From IMG/VR virus record IMGVR_UViG_3300042261_001186, positions 66,398 to 130,397 of that record: a DNA stretch of 64,000 nt; one strand, written 5' to 3'. Origin of the DNA: a virus. The notes beneath the pieces are model-generated. The model was not told the origin of the DNA. It saw nothing but the letters and a program-made list of their open reading frames with translations, and searched no databases. The position numbers were made by a program, and so were the translations under genes. This document shows positions 46,135 through 55,786 of this stretch, piece after piece (position 1 is the stretch's first letter; every line of letters begins with the position of its first letter).

Positions 46135-46587
46135 ATGAATAATTTGAAAACATACAATAGTTACTTGAATGAAGGTAGGTTAATGGCTCAAAAAGAATAT
46201 GATGAAGTGTTGATAAAGATAATGAATAATATGAAAAAGTTTGTGAATGTTGCTAAAATTGAAGTAACTAAAACTAGTACAGCTAGGTATGATAAGATAA
46301 ATTATTATTATGAATATAACAAAAGTGATTATAAAGAAAGAGCACATATGGATGTTGATCCCTTAGGTGAAGATGATTGGGATGATGACAATGTTAAAAA
46401 TAGGACATTGAATTTGAGAGCAAAATATGAAGAAGATGTTGGGTTTTTTCATAAAATAAAAGAATATGATTTTTGGATAAACAATGAAAAGCTTCAAATA
46501 TCAACCTATCTTATCAAGGATTTTATAAACTTATTGAAAAAGGCTAAATCAGATAGTATTAAAAAAAAATTTTTAGAAGATGTATAA
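46135..46587 (+). CDS. leader + internal DP tag, tandem paralog 1
   Basis: MNNLKTYNSYLNE; DVDPLGEDDW. Confidence 0.8.
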   Translation: MNNLKTYNSYLNEGRLMAQKEYDEVLIKIMNNMKKFVNVAKIEVTKTSTARYDKINYYYEYNKSDYKERAHMDVDPLGEDDWDDDNVKNRTLNLRAKYEEDVGFFHKIKEYDFWINNEKLQISTYLIKDFINLLKKAKSDSIKKKFLEDV

Positions 46588-47143
46588 ATTAAAAACATAT
46601 GAAGAATACCAATTAAATGAAGCTAAGTACTTCAATAAACAAATGTATGATCCATTAATCACTAAAATTTGTGACATACTAGAAACAGGTGTCAGGTTGG
46701 ATAGGTTAAGGGTGAATAAAGATAGTCAGGGACTCCTGGGCATGAGAGTGTATAATAGAGTTTGTAATGATCATTATCAATATACATACATAAAAAATGA
46801 TTACATTAAAAGGAATCACACAGAAAATGATCCTTATGGTGAAGATGAGGAATTGAATCCTGCAGAAACACTTGTCATAATAGCTAGAAAAGTCACCACT
46901 AGAATTTGGAAAAGAAAACTTCAGGAGTTTGTGAAATACCCTAGTTATAAGATGAGTATAAATGGTTATGATATCAGAGTTTCAAATTACTTAGTTAAAA
47001 GGTTTATATATATAATGGAGAATGCCAAGAAGATAAAGGAGAGAGAAGATAAGAATTATCAAAAACAAAGAGAAATTGAAGCAAAAATAAGAAGAGAACA
47101 AGAAGACCTTGAAAAAAGGGATAAATGGATGAGTTCAATATGA
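46580..47143 (+). CDS. tandem paralog 2
   Basis: MYKLKTYEEYQLNE; ENDPYGEDE. Confidence 0.8.
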   Translation: MYKLKTYEEYQLNEAKYFNKQMYDPLITKICDILETGVRLDRLRVNKDSQGLLGMRVYNRVCNDHYQYTYIKNDYIKRNHTENDPYGEDEELNPAETLVIIARKVTTRIWKRKLQEFVKYPSYKMSINGYDIRVSNYLVKRFIYIMENAKKIKEREDKNYQKQREIEAKIRREQEDLEKRDKWMSSI

Positions 47144-47544
47144 AAAACTTGATAACATATAAACAATACCTCAATGAAGGTTGGTTCAGTGGTAAACATG
47201 ATGGTATAGGCAGGAAAATATATCAATATGTCTTTGATAGAGATGATATAGAATATGTTTATAGTGGAGGTGGTGATTATTACACTTTTTATTTAAAACC
47301 TACTGCTATACAAAACCCAGAGGCTGATCCTTTAGGTGAAGATGATTGGAATGAAAATATAGATAATCATCCTATACGAATTTATGTAAGTGGTGAATAT
47401 AAATTGAGATTAGATGGTGAAAACATAGATGTTTCTTCAGGTATAGTTAAAAAAATATACAAAGAACTCAAAAATAAAGCTAAAAAAATAGCAGACAAGA
47501 AACTACAAGATAAAATAGATAGAGCAGAAAAATTATTAAGATAA
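47140..47544 (+). CDS. tandem paralog 3
   Basis: MKNLITYKQYLNEGWF; EADPLGEDDW. Confidence 0.8.
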   Translation: MKNLITYKQYLNEGWFSGKHDGIGRKIYQYVFDRDDIEYVYSGGGDYYTFYLKPTAIQNPEADPLGEDDWNENIDNHPIRIYVSGEYKLRLDGENIDVSSGIVKKIYKELKNKAKKIADKKLQDKIDRAEKLLR

Positions 47545-47558
47545 AAAAAAATATTAAT

Positions 47559-47981
47559 ATGAATAATCTAAAGACATATGAAGAAATGGGTTGGTTTTCT
47601 AAAAAACCAAAATTTCTTGTAAAACCAGATGATGATGTTGCAACTAAACTTTTAGATTTTATAGTTAAACATTGTGATGAAATAGATTTACGAAATGATG
47701 CTGGTGATTACAGAATAAAAGTTTTCAGTATAAAACAAAAATCAGAGAATCCAGCAGATGATCCTTTAGGTGAAGATGATTGGGATGAAGAATCAACGGT
47801 AATTGTAAAATTAGACTCTAGATATGAAAGATTGACTATTGATGATCAACTTCTAGATGTTTCTGTAGACCTTAAACTTAAAATTAATGATGCTTTAGAT
47901 AACATATTAACATTGAGAGCGAACAAGATAAAACAGGCTAAGATAGACAAAATGCATAATCTTTTAAAAAAATTTGACTAA
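47559..47981 (+). CDS. tandem paralog 4
   Basis: MNNLKTYEEMGWF; DDPLGEDDW. Confidence 0.8.
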   Translation: MNNLKTYEEMGWFSKKPKFLVKPDDDVATKLLDFIVKHCDEIDLRNDAGDYRIKVFSIKQKSENPADDPLGEDDWDEESTVIVKLDSRYERLTIDDQLLDVSVDLKLKINDALDNILTLRANKIKQAKIDKMHNLLKKFD

Positions 47982-48394
47982 TGATGAAAAATTTGAAAAC
48001 ATATGATGAATTATATGAAGGTTGATTTAAGTCAACTCCGAAACCAGATGATGCTGCAGCTGAAAGGCTCCTACAATACATAGTAAATCATTGTGATGAA
48101 ATAGATTTGATATCAACACATGGTGGATATCATTACAATTTTGACATAAAAGAGAAAATACATAATGAAGAAGATCAATTAGGTGAAGAAGATTGGGGAG
48201 AAGTTATTCCAGTACATTTTGAAGGTGATAGATGGCTTTCTATTGATGGAGAAACATTGGATTTGTCTAAGAAAATGGGTTGGAAAATAAAAGATGCTTT
48301 GAAAAATCTAGATATATTGAAAAAAAACAAGATAAAACAGAGCAAGATAGATAGGATGGATAATTTAATAAAAAAATTAAATAAACATGAATAA
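47981..48394 (+). pseudogene. tandem paralog 5 with in-frame TGA at 48023-48025
   Basis: MMKNLKTYDELYEG-TGA-FK where paralogs read GWF; frame otherwise open. Confidence 0.7.
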
Positions 48395-48800
48395 TTTAAA
48401 GACATATGATGAATTAAATGAAGAACTGTTTTTCAAGAAAAAGAAGAAGGAAGATGATGTATTCGGTCAAAAATTGTTGGATTTCATAGTGAATCATTGT
48501 GATGATATAGATTTGAAAAAACAAGGACGTTATTACACTTTCATCTTAAGAGCTGACAACAGAAATGAAAATGATCCATTGGGTGAGGAAGATTATGATA
48601 CTGATGTCAAAATAGTATATTGGGATTCAGATAGCACTTTTCATGACACCTTGGAAATTGATGGAGATGAAATAGATTTGTCAAGAGATATGAGGCATAA
48701 AATATTAAAAGCCCTTAAAAACCTTGATCAATTGAAGAAAAACAAGATCAAGAGAGGCAAGATGGAGAAAACAGAGAATTTATTGAAAAAATTCGATTAA
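48387..48800 (+). CDS. tandem paralog 6
   Basis: MNNLKTYDELNEE; ENDPLGEEDY. Confidence 0.8.
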   Translation: MNNLKTYDELNEELFFKKKKKEDDVFGQKLLDFIVNHCDDIDLKKQGRYYTFILRADNRNENDPLGEEDYDTDVKIVYWDSDSTFHDTLEIDGDEIDLSRDMRHKILKALKNLDQLKKNKIKRGKMEKTENLLKKFD

Positions 48801-48836
48801 TTATATTTAATATATACTAAAAAATAATAAAAAATT

Positions 48837-49223
48837 ATGGCAAAAGAAACCTTACACAATATGATCAAGTTCAGCGAATTCGATCATCTACAACCGGTTC
48901 AGAAACCTACAAAGAAAACCGAAATAGGTGGATTTGCAGTATTGGAAAAAATGTCTATAAAAGACCTTCTTAAAATAGCTAAGAATAAAACCGGTCAATC
49001 AAAGAAAGAATTAAAGAAACTTTCTCCTAAAAAATTGAAGAAACTTGTTCTTAAAGATATGCCTAAAAAAGGTGAAGAAAAAGAACCAGAAGAAAAAGAA
49101 ACTTCTGAAGGTTTACTTTATGAGAAGAAAAAAGCTTCTGCTAAACAAAAAGCTGCAAGAGCTAATTTTATGGCTATGATAGGTAAAAAGAAGAAATGTA
49201 AACCTTGTGATGATGAGGAATAA
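48837..49223 (+). CDS. Lys-rich protein, possible head core/DNA-binding
   Basis: KKKASAKQKAARANFMAMIGKKKK; VLE and LYE candidate cleavage sites. Confidence 0.6.
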   Translation: MAKETLHNMIKFSEFDHLQPVQKPTKKTEIGGFAVLEKMSIKDLLKIAKNKTGQSKKELKKLSPKKLKKLVLKDMPKKGEEKEPEEKETSEGLLYEKKKASAKQKAARANFMAMIGKKKKCKPCDDEE

Positions 49224-49252
49224 TTTAAATATAAAAAATAAAATATAAAAAC

Positions 49253-49579
49253 ATGGAAAAATTCACAAAGAAACTCAATACATTTGATACCCGTAAATAT
49301 ACGGATAAAACAAAAAATGAGATTTATTCTTTAATAAAAGAAAATATGACCGTTAGAATTGATGGAAACATTGGTTATATTGATGGTAATGCTGATATCT
49401 CCTTGAATGGGATTGAAGACTTAACAGATGTTTTGTATAACTATGTACAACAAGAAAAAGCTAAACAAGAAGTTCTTACTTTGGAAAAAGTTAAATTGAA
49501 CTTTGCTTTAGGTAAAGCTTTCAACATCAAAGAAGTTAATGAGCACATCGAAATGATTAATGAAAAATTAAATAGCTAA
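49253..49579 (+). CDS. hypothetical protein
   Basis: 108 aa. Confidence 0.65.
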   Translation: MEKFTKKLNTFDTRKYTDKTKNEIYSLIKENMTVRIDGNIGYIDGNADISLNGIEDLTDVLYNYVQQEKAKQEVLTLEKVKLNFALGKAFNIKEVNEHIEMINEKLNS

Positions 49580-49581
49580 CA

Positions 49582-50250
49582 ATGAATAATTTGAAATTGT
49601 TTGAACAATGGGTTTCTCAAAATGAAGGACTCAGCTCTTCGATAAGTGTCGATAAGTTGAATCGTTATTTAAATGATCCTAAATTTGTTAATCCAATTAT
49701 GAAATCTTTCAATTCACTTGGTGGTAGATATAAAAAAATATTATTTGATTTTGCTAAGAAAGAAACTCTTGATCTTCCAAAAATAACTAGAATTATTAAA
49801 AAATTCAATTTGATTGAAAGATTGAAAAGTAAAAAAGGAGATTTGAATGACAAAATAGATCAAGTTACTTCAGATGTAAATAGTACAAATGAAGAATTTT
49901 TTATTGAAGCTTTTTTTATATTTATTTGTGTTGTAGTAACAGCATTACTTTTAGGTGGTGGAATAACTTTGATAATCATTAATAATGATGATGGTTTTTT
50001 AATAGGTATTGGTATATTTTTAATATGTCTTTGGATTCTATTAAGTGGTGTTTTTTATGAAATAAATAAACAATCATTTTCAAATTCAAAAGAAAAAGAA
50101 AAAACTGAAATAGTAACAAAAAATACTGACAATATGGCAATAGATAGTGATACTACAATTGTTAAACAAGTTAAAACAGATGATGGTAAATTAATAAATT
50201 TAGTTATAATAAAAAAAGGCAACACTTACCTTGTTGAAGAAGTAAAATAA
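49582..50250 (+). CDS. leader-bearing two-TM protein
   Basis: MNNLKLFEQWVSQNE; TM pair after internal TNEE. Confidence 0.75.
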   Translation: MNNLKLFEQWVSQNEGLSSSISVDKLNRYLNDPKFVNPIMKSFNSLGGRYKKILFDFAKKETLDLPKITRIIKKFNLIERLKSKKGDLNDKIDQVTSDVNSTNEEFFIEAFFIFICVVVTALLLGGGITLIIINNDDGFLIGIGIFLICLWILLSGVFYEINKQSFSNSKEKEKTEIVTKNTDNMAIDSDTTIVKQVKTDDGKLINLVIIKKGNTYLVEEVK

Positions 50251-50258
50251 TAAATATT

Positions 50259-50777
50259 ATGAATAATCTTAAAACATTTGAACAATTTGTATTTGAAGGA
50301 TCTGGTGATGCTTGTGCTGGTGTCATGAAAAAGAAAAAGAAACCAATTAAAAAAACTTCTCTAAAACCTAATAAATGGATGAAATGGGAAGATGTGAAAG
50401 AAGATTTTGATTTTTTCAACAGACCTAAAATGGAAAATACCATACATAATATTTTCAAAAAAATCAAAGATGAATTCAAAACTGAATTTACAGTTAATAA
50501 ATTGACTACTGGATATGAAGCAGGAGAATCAAGATTAAAATACTATGAATACATAATGCAAGGTGGAGATAGAATATCTGTTAGTGAAGGTGGTGGTGAA
50601 TATCATAGAAATCCAGTTTTATACTTAAATAACAAGAATGTTTCTGAAGATGTAAGTAAAAATACAATAAAAATCATTTATAATTTCTTTGATGATAAAT
50701 ATAATAATATTGAAAGAAATCCTATCAATATAATAAAAAGAATAAGAAGAGGAGATACAATAAAATCTATGGAATAA
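50259..50777 (+). CDS. leader-bearing protein
   Basis: MNNLKTFEQFVFE. Confidence 0.75.
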   Translation: MNNLKTFEQFVFEGSGDACAGVMKKKKKPIKKTSLKPNKWMKWEDVKEDFDFFNRPKMENTIHNIFKKIKDEFKTEFTVNKLTTGYEAGESRLKYYEYIMQGGDRISVSEGGGEYHRNPVLYLNNKNVSEDVSKNTIKIIYNFFDDKYNNIERNPINIIKRIRRGDTIKSME

Positions 50778-50804
50778 AAAAAACCACCTTAAAGGTGGTT
50801 TTTT
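50776..50804. terminator. bidirectional intrinsic terminator
   Basis: A-run CCACCTT/AAGGTGG T-run. Confidence 0.85.
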
Positions 50805-50807
50805 CAT

Positions 50808-51509
50808 TTAATCTTTATCTTCCGCTGTAGTTAAGAATGCTCCTATAAATACTACTAATCTTTTATCTATATTTCCAGAAATTGTAATATCATATTCTGG
50901 AGTTAAAGAAATTATTTTCTTCCTTGCAAATACAACTATATTTCCATTTGTGTCATATATTTCAACCGTTTTAGTGAACAAATTCAATTTTTTTGACTTT
51001 GCAATAACCCTTCCAGTTGCATCCTTTATAGAATAAATATTATATACAGATACCAAGGATTCCAACACCTCTTGTTCCAATGAACCTATCAATGTACCCC
51101 TAGCATCTGATATCTTTATAACAGTGTATAAATTTAAAGGTTTTTGATGTGCCTTTGCTATCAAATTACCATTTGCATCTAAATATTCAAAAGTTTTACC
51201 TATTGACAAAATTTTCTCATCTATTTTACCTAAATCATTTCCATTAGCATCCTTAATATCCATTACTGTTCCTATCGATATTATTTCCTTTGTTAAAGTA
51301 AATTTATTTGGTAATTCTGCAGATTTAGAAGTTGGACTCCATGATGATTCTGTGTCAGGTCCAGACCAATTTATGTTTTTAAGAATGCCTTTATTTCCAA
51401 GAGTAATTGCCCCTGCAGCTATACCTAAACCAACTAATCCAGCAGCTAAAGTTTTTTTACCTAACTCTTCATTAAGACTATATTCTTCATATGATTTTAG
51501 TTTATTCAT
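50808..51509 (-). CDS. LURP-one/scramblase (Tubby-like) protein with leader and hydrophobic anchor
   Basis: Repeated I.D..G..(I/L)(G/A) strands, ending IDKRLVV; MNKLKSYEEYSLNEE. Confidence 0.65.
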   Translation of the reverse strand: MNKLKSYEEYSLNEELGKKTLAAGLVGLGIAAGAITLGNKGILKNINWSGPDTESSWSPTSKSAELPNKFTLTKEIISIGTVMDIKDANGNDLGKIDEKILSIGKTFEYLDANGNLIAKAHQKPLNLYTVIKISDARGTLIGSLEQEVLESLVSVYNIYSIKDATGRVIAKSKKLNLFTKTVEIYDTNGNIVVFARKKIISLTPEYDITISGNIDKRLVVFIGAFLTTAEDKD

Positions 51510-52404
51510 TTCCATATATTTCATTTTGCATTGCTTCCATAGCCATAACTACAGCAGCAAAAGTTCCTTCTATAACATAACCATAAAGACTTTCCACACC
51601 TACTTCTTCATCATAGAAATCATTATCTGCCAATATCTGATCTACATCATTTTGGTATTTCAAATAAAAATCAAAAATGTCAGCATCTTCAATAAAACCT
51701 TCAAGTACTTCTTCTGAATCCTCATTAACATAACTATCTATGAAATCCTGTACTTTTGTAATATCACCATCTAATTGTTTATCTAATAACTCTAATATAC
51801 CTCTTTTAAGAGATGTATAAGTGTTGGATACCTTATCCCTTAACTCATCAGTGATAGCTTCATTAACAGAAGGATTGACCTGTTTAAATGACTTCAGGCC
51901 TTCATTTGAATTCATTATTTCAATGAGACTTTTTCTTAAATCCATAGTTTTGAAAGTCTTTTTAGGTTTTTCTTCACCATCATTCCAATCTTCTTCACCA
52001 AAAGGATCTCTTTCATCATAAACTCTTTGAGATTGTGATATAAGACCATTGAATGATTTGACTTTTTCATCCATTTGTTTAATATTAACCATAATCTCAT
52101 AATTCTTTATTATGTCATATAAATTCTCTATATCTTCATAAACACTATCTATTATTTGATCATTACCTTCTTGATCAGTAACTTTCTTTTTTACTGCATT
52201 AATAGTGTAGTTTTTCTTACCTTCTCTATTAAAATTCAATTTGAAACCAGTTTTGGTTTCTTTAAAAGAATCAAAATAATCACTTTTTATAACATCATGG
52301 TTATAAACATAATCACATACTTCCTTAGCTAGACTAAGTAGATCACCAAATGAATGATGATTAGTATAATGTTGTTCGAAAAATTTTGAAAAATTTAGTG
52401 TCAT
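51502..52404 (-). CDS. leader + internal DP-tag protein
   Basis: MTLNFSKFFE; ERDPFGEEDW; internal VNEA. Confidence 0.75.
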   Translation of the reverse strand: MTLNFSKFFEQHYTNHHSFGDLLSLAKEVCDYVYNHDVIKSDYFDSFKETKTGFKLNFNREGKKNYTINAVKKKVTDQEGNDQIIDSVYEDIENLYDIIKNYEIMVNIKQMDEKVKSFNGLISQSQRVYDERDPFGEEDWNDGEEKPKKTFKTMDLRKSLIEIMNSNEGLKSFKQVNPSVNEAITDELRDKVSNTYTSLKRGILELLDKQLDGDITKVQDFIDSYVNEDSEEVLEGFIEDADIFDFYLKYQNDVDQILADNDFYDEEVGVESLYGYVIEGTFAAVVMAMEAMQNEIYGNE

Positions 52405-52434
52405 ACAACTATATATTATATTTTAATATTCATT

Positions 52435-53460
52435 TTATTTAAACACTGAAGCTTTTGTATCCCATCTTGTATATAATTCACAATCACTTCTTAATATTAA
52501 ATATCTAATTTCACCAACAGAGTGTTCTGCCATACAATCGCGATCAACCACAATAGATAAATTACCTAATTGGAATTTAGGATAACTAGTATTCATACTT
52601 TTACCATTTTCCATACAATACATTTCTATATCATCTACAAATTTATCAGATACTTTATTTCCTTTTATCCATCTACTTATTTCATTATCATCTTTACCAG
52701 ACCATAAAACTCTAAATGTTGCTTGATCAATACCTAATTCATGTAGTCTATTAACTATATCTTCTGGTGAATGTTTTTCATAACCTGATACTAAATTAAG
52801 TGATAATCTAAGTAAAAATCCTTTTGATTTTATTCTATGACACAAATCTAACATATTAAACCTAACATTTTTATGCATTTGTATTATACTTGCATTTACA
52901 TCATCATCAAATATATCTGATACTGAAAGTGATATAAGGTAAACACCTACTTCATTTTTTAAAAAATCAAGATTAGCATCATTAAGCATAACACCAGATG
53001 TTTGTATTTCTAATTTAAAAGGATTTTCTAATCTCCTATTAAATTCTCCTATCATTCTAAGAAATGGTTTGTTTTGTATAGGTTCACCTGTACCTGTGAG
53101 AATTGCATAAGTACAACCCATTTTACTAACTCTTTCAAATTTTTTGAAATATTCTTCTTTGAACATTTCTTCTTTAGAAAGATCTGAATATTCGTCTTTT
53201 AATTGAGATATTTTAGAAACACAGAATTTACATGAATTAACACAACCATGAGTTGGAACTAATATTGACATGGATCTTACATCAACATTATATCTAGGGG
53301 CTTCTCTAACACCAACTCTATTTTTAGCTCTACGCATAGGTTGTTCTTCCATTTCTACACCTTCAGATATATTCCTAACTTTTATCATATTAAGATAATT
53401 ATCTAGACAATAAGGACATATGGTGTTTTTATTAACATATTCATTATATTTATAAATCAT
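52435..53460 (-). CDS. radical SAM protein
   Basis: CVNSCKFC (CxxxCxxC), LTGTGEP, IQTSG. Confidence 0.88.
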   Translation of the reverse strand: MIYKYNEYVNKNTICPYCLDNYLNMIKVRNISEGVEMEEQPMRRAKNRVGVREAPRYNVDVRSMSILVPTHGCVNSCKFCVSKISQLKDEYSDLSKEEMFKEEYFKKFERVSKMGCTYAILTGTGEPIQNKPFLRMIGEFNRRLENPFKLEIQTSGVMLNDANLDFLKNEVGVYLISLSVSDIFDDDVNASIIQMHKNVRFNMLDLCHRIKSKGFLLRLSLNLVSGYEKHSPEDIVNRLHELGIDQATFRVLWSGKDDNEISRWIKGNKVSDKFVDDIEMYCMENGKSMNTSYPKFQLGNLSIVVDRDCMAEHSVGEIRYLILRSDCELYTRWDTKASVFK

Positions 53461-53514
53461 GAAATAATGTTTTTTTATTTTTATATATATATATTAAAAA
53501 ATATTTCTATTAAA

Positions 53515-54030
53515 ATGAATAACTTAAAAAACTATGATGAGTACCTAAATGAAGGAAAGTTTAAAAATCTTGCATTAGCTGCAGGATTAGCTACAACTAT
53601 GGGTTTAGCAAGTTGTTGTGGTGGTGGGGATCATTTGGCTTATGATGTCACCAAAAATCAACCTATAGAGATGTCAGATAGGGAAAATACAACTATATAT
53701 GGAAAAATACTAAGTATAAGAGATGAACACATATCTAAATATACCCATTATGCAGTTGTTTTGATAAAAGGTAAAGATGGAATAACTTACAAAGTTGTTC
53801 TTGATGATGCTAGGAAATTTTGGGGCTGGAATGAATGGCCATTAAAAAAAGGTGATGCTGTAGCCATAGTTGTGTTGAATGGTGCTGGTTACATAAAATT
53901 CTCAGATAAAAAAGGTAAAGAAGGTGAATATTTTCCTTTATTAACAGATGTTTGGGGTTGTGTTGAAAATGATGCTGAGAAACAATACCAAGAATTACCA
54001 AAAGAAACAAAAACCAAAGACCAATGGTAA
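53515..54030 (+). CDS. leader followed by lipoprotein-like signal
   Basis: MNNLKNYDEYLNE-GKFKNLALAAGLATTMGLASC. Confidence 0.7.
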   Translation: MNNLKNYDEYLNEGKFKNLALAAGLATTMGLASCCGGGDHLAYDVTKNQPIEMSDRENTTIYGKILSIRDEHISKYTHYAVVLIKGKDGITYKVVLDDARKFWGWNEWPLKKGDAVAIVVLNGAGYIKFSDKKGKEGEYFPLLTDVWGCVENDAEKQYQELPKETKTKDQW

Positions 54031-54031
54031 T

Positions 54032-55717
54032 TTAAAAATCATCTGGATCATCGAATACATCATCAGCATTAAACATAATACCTAAATCTGGTGTATCGTC
54101 TTCAACCTCTTCTTTTTTAGGTTGTTTTAATTTGAAATCAAATAAAGAACCAAGTACAGACATTCTTTTATTTACCATAGGTAAATCAAGTGCTTTCAAA
54201 AAACCATTACAAATACTTAAAACGGTTTTATCAAATTGTGCATCATAATCAAATTGTACACCTTCTTTTTCTGTTATCTCATTTGGGTGCATACCTCTAA
54301 CATATCCAAATACATTATTCTTGTCATGTTTACAATAATAATATTTTATCTTACCACCTCTAATAATATCATATTTTGTTTTGTATTCAGAATTTTTATT
54401 AAGTATGTAATTATAAAGACCTGCAGCTTTTATAGAGAAATGTGCACCCTTAATTGTTTCTAACCCTGTTGTATCATTCATTATTTTTTCATTATAATTA
54501 GTACAACTTGTTTGACTAGAAATATTGTCATAATCTTCCAAATCAAATTCTTTTCTAATTTGTTTAATGATTTTGAGAATGTCTTTAATATTCAAATCAT
54601 CTGCATTAGCAAATAGATATTTTATAAATTCCCAAATACCACCACTTTGGTCTTTACCTCTAACAAAATTAGGTGTTTCACTTCTAACAATTTTAATACC
54701 AGTTGGTGAGAAATATGTTAAATCATCAAAGAAAATACCTTCTTCCCATGCAACATTCTTCAAGTAGTTTTTCTTTTCAAAGAATAATATGGATTTACTT
54801 ATGGTTTCAAGTTCAAAGTCTTGTATGTTCTTAACCCCATATCTTTTAGCATATACATCTAAGAAATCTTTATGAAGTTTTTTCATTGCAACTTTATCAA
54901 AATGTAATATAAATTCCAATTCATTACCTTCATAATTTAAAGATTCCATTAATGGTTTATAAGAAAAGTAATAAGAGTCTGTATCACAATATTTAGTAAC
55001 ACTATTATTACCTGCATAGAATACAACACCAGTATCTAAATCTTTTACCCATTTTGGATTAGTATCAAGTTGTTGAATATTATCTGTATCAAATAATTTA
55101 TATTCATACATTAATTCATAATCACCAACAATTCCTTCAATTTTCTTTAGTTTACTAATAGAAATTTTCCTTGAAAGTAATATATCTCCTTGTTCATGTG
55201 TATTAAAATGTGGATATGGTCTGTCTACTTTAACATAATTTTTATTAAGGAAATAGTATTTACCATCTTTATTTGATTTTGCAATATATTCTGTTCCAAG
55301 TAATTTATGTAATTCTGTGTCAAGGTGCCATTTATTATAGAAATAATCTTCTGATGTAACAACCATATATCTAATTAAATCTCTACCCATACCAGTAATT
55401 GCATTAGCAATTTTGGAATTGGATAATACAAAATATTTATTAGCAAATGCACCATAGGTTGCATTCAGAATAGTTTTATAAGCAAGTTGAAGTGCTTTGT
55501 TATAAGAGTATGCTGCTGTTTTCTCAGTGATTTTCTTTTTTATCCCAATGATGTTATTGAGTTTTTCAACTATTAGGGTTGGGTATTCTGATCCTGGTTT
55601 TAATTCAAGTGCTTTAAGATAAAGTGACAATGCATCATCATAGTCTTTTATCTTACAAAGTTCATCTGCTTTCTTGACTGATTCATTATATGTTCTATTT
55701 ATTAAAGCTATTTCCAT
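54032..55717 (-). CDS. family B DNA polymerase, C-terminal subunit of a split enzyme
   Basis: KTILNATYG (motif B), YCDTDS (motif C), KKNY, GIKIVRSETP; no exonuclease or motif A; N-terminal TPR-like helix pair. Confidence 0.85.
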   Translation of the reverse strand: MEIALINRTYNESVKKADELCKIKDYDDALSLYLKALELKPGSEYPTLIVEKLNNIIGIKKKITEKTAAYSYNKALQLAYKTILNATYGAFANKYFVLSNSKIANAITGMGRDLIRYMVVTSEDYFYNKWHLDTELHKLLGTEYIAKSNKDGKYYFLNKNYVKVDRPYPHFNTHEQGDILLSRKISISKLKKIEGIVGDYELMYEYKLFDTDNIQQLDTNPKWVKDLDTGVVFYAGNNSVTKYCDTDSYYFSYKPLMESLNYEGNELEFILHFDKVAMKKLHKDFLDVYAKRYGVKNIQDFELETISKSILFFEKKNYLKNVAWEEGIFFDDLTYFSPTGIKIVRSETPNFVRGKDQSGGIWEFIKYLFANADDLNIKDILKIIKQIRKEFDLEDYDNISSQTSCTNYNEKIMNDTTGLETIKGAHFSIKAAGLYNYILNKNSEYKTKYDIIRGGKIKYYYCKHDKNNVFGYVRGMHPNEITEKEGVQFDYDAQFDKTVLSICNGFLKALDLPMVNKRMSVLGSLFDFKLKQPKKEEVEDDTPDLGIMFNADDVFDDPDDF

Positions 55718-55786
55718 GTGGAATATATAATCTTTTTTTTAGGAATTGTTTGAAAAAACGAATTTTAAATTTAAATATATATGTGC

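Noticed and set aside
47981-48394. Stop-codon reassignment (TGA=Trp or TAG=Gln)
   Set aside because: Only one clear TGA at a Trp site; TGA and TAG end many genes at expected positions and long genes are open in code 11
54032-55717. Intein or intron in the polymerase
   Set aside because: No Cys/Ser-start and His-Asn-end intein motifs, no homing endonuclease motif, frame uninterrupted
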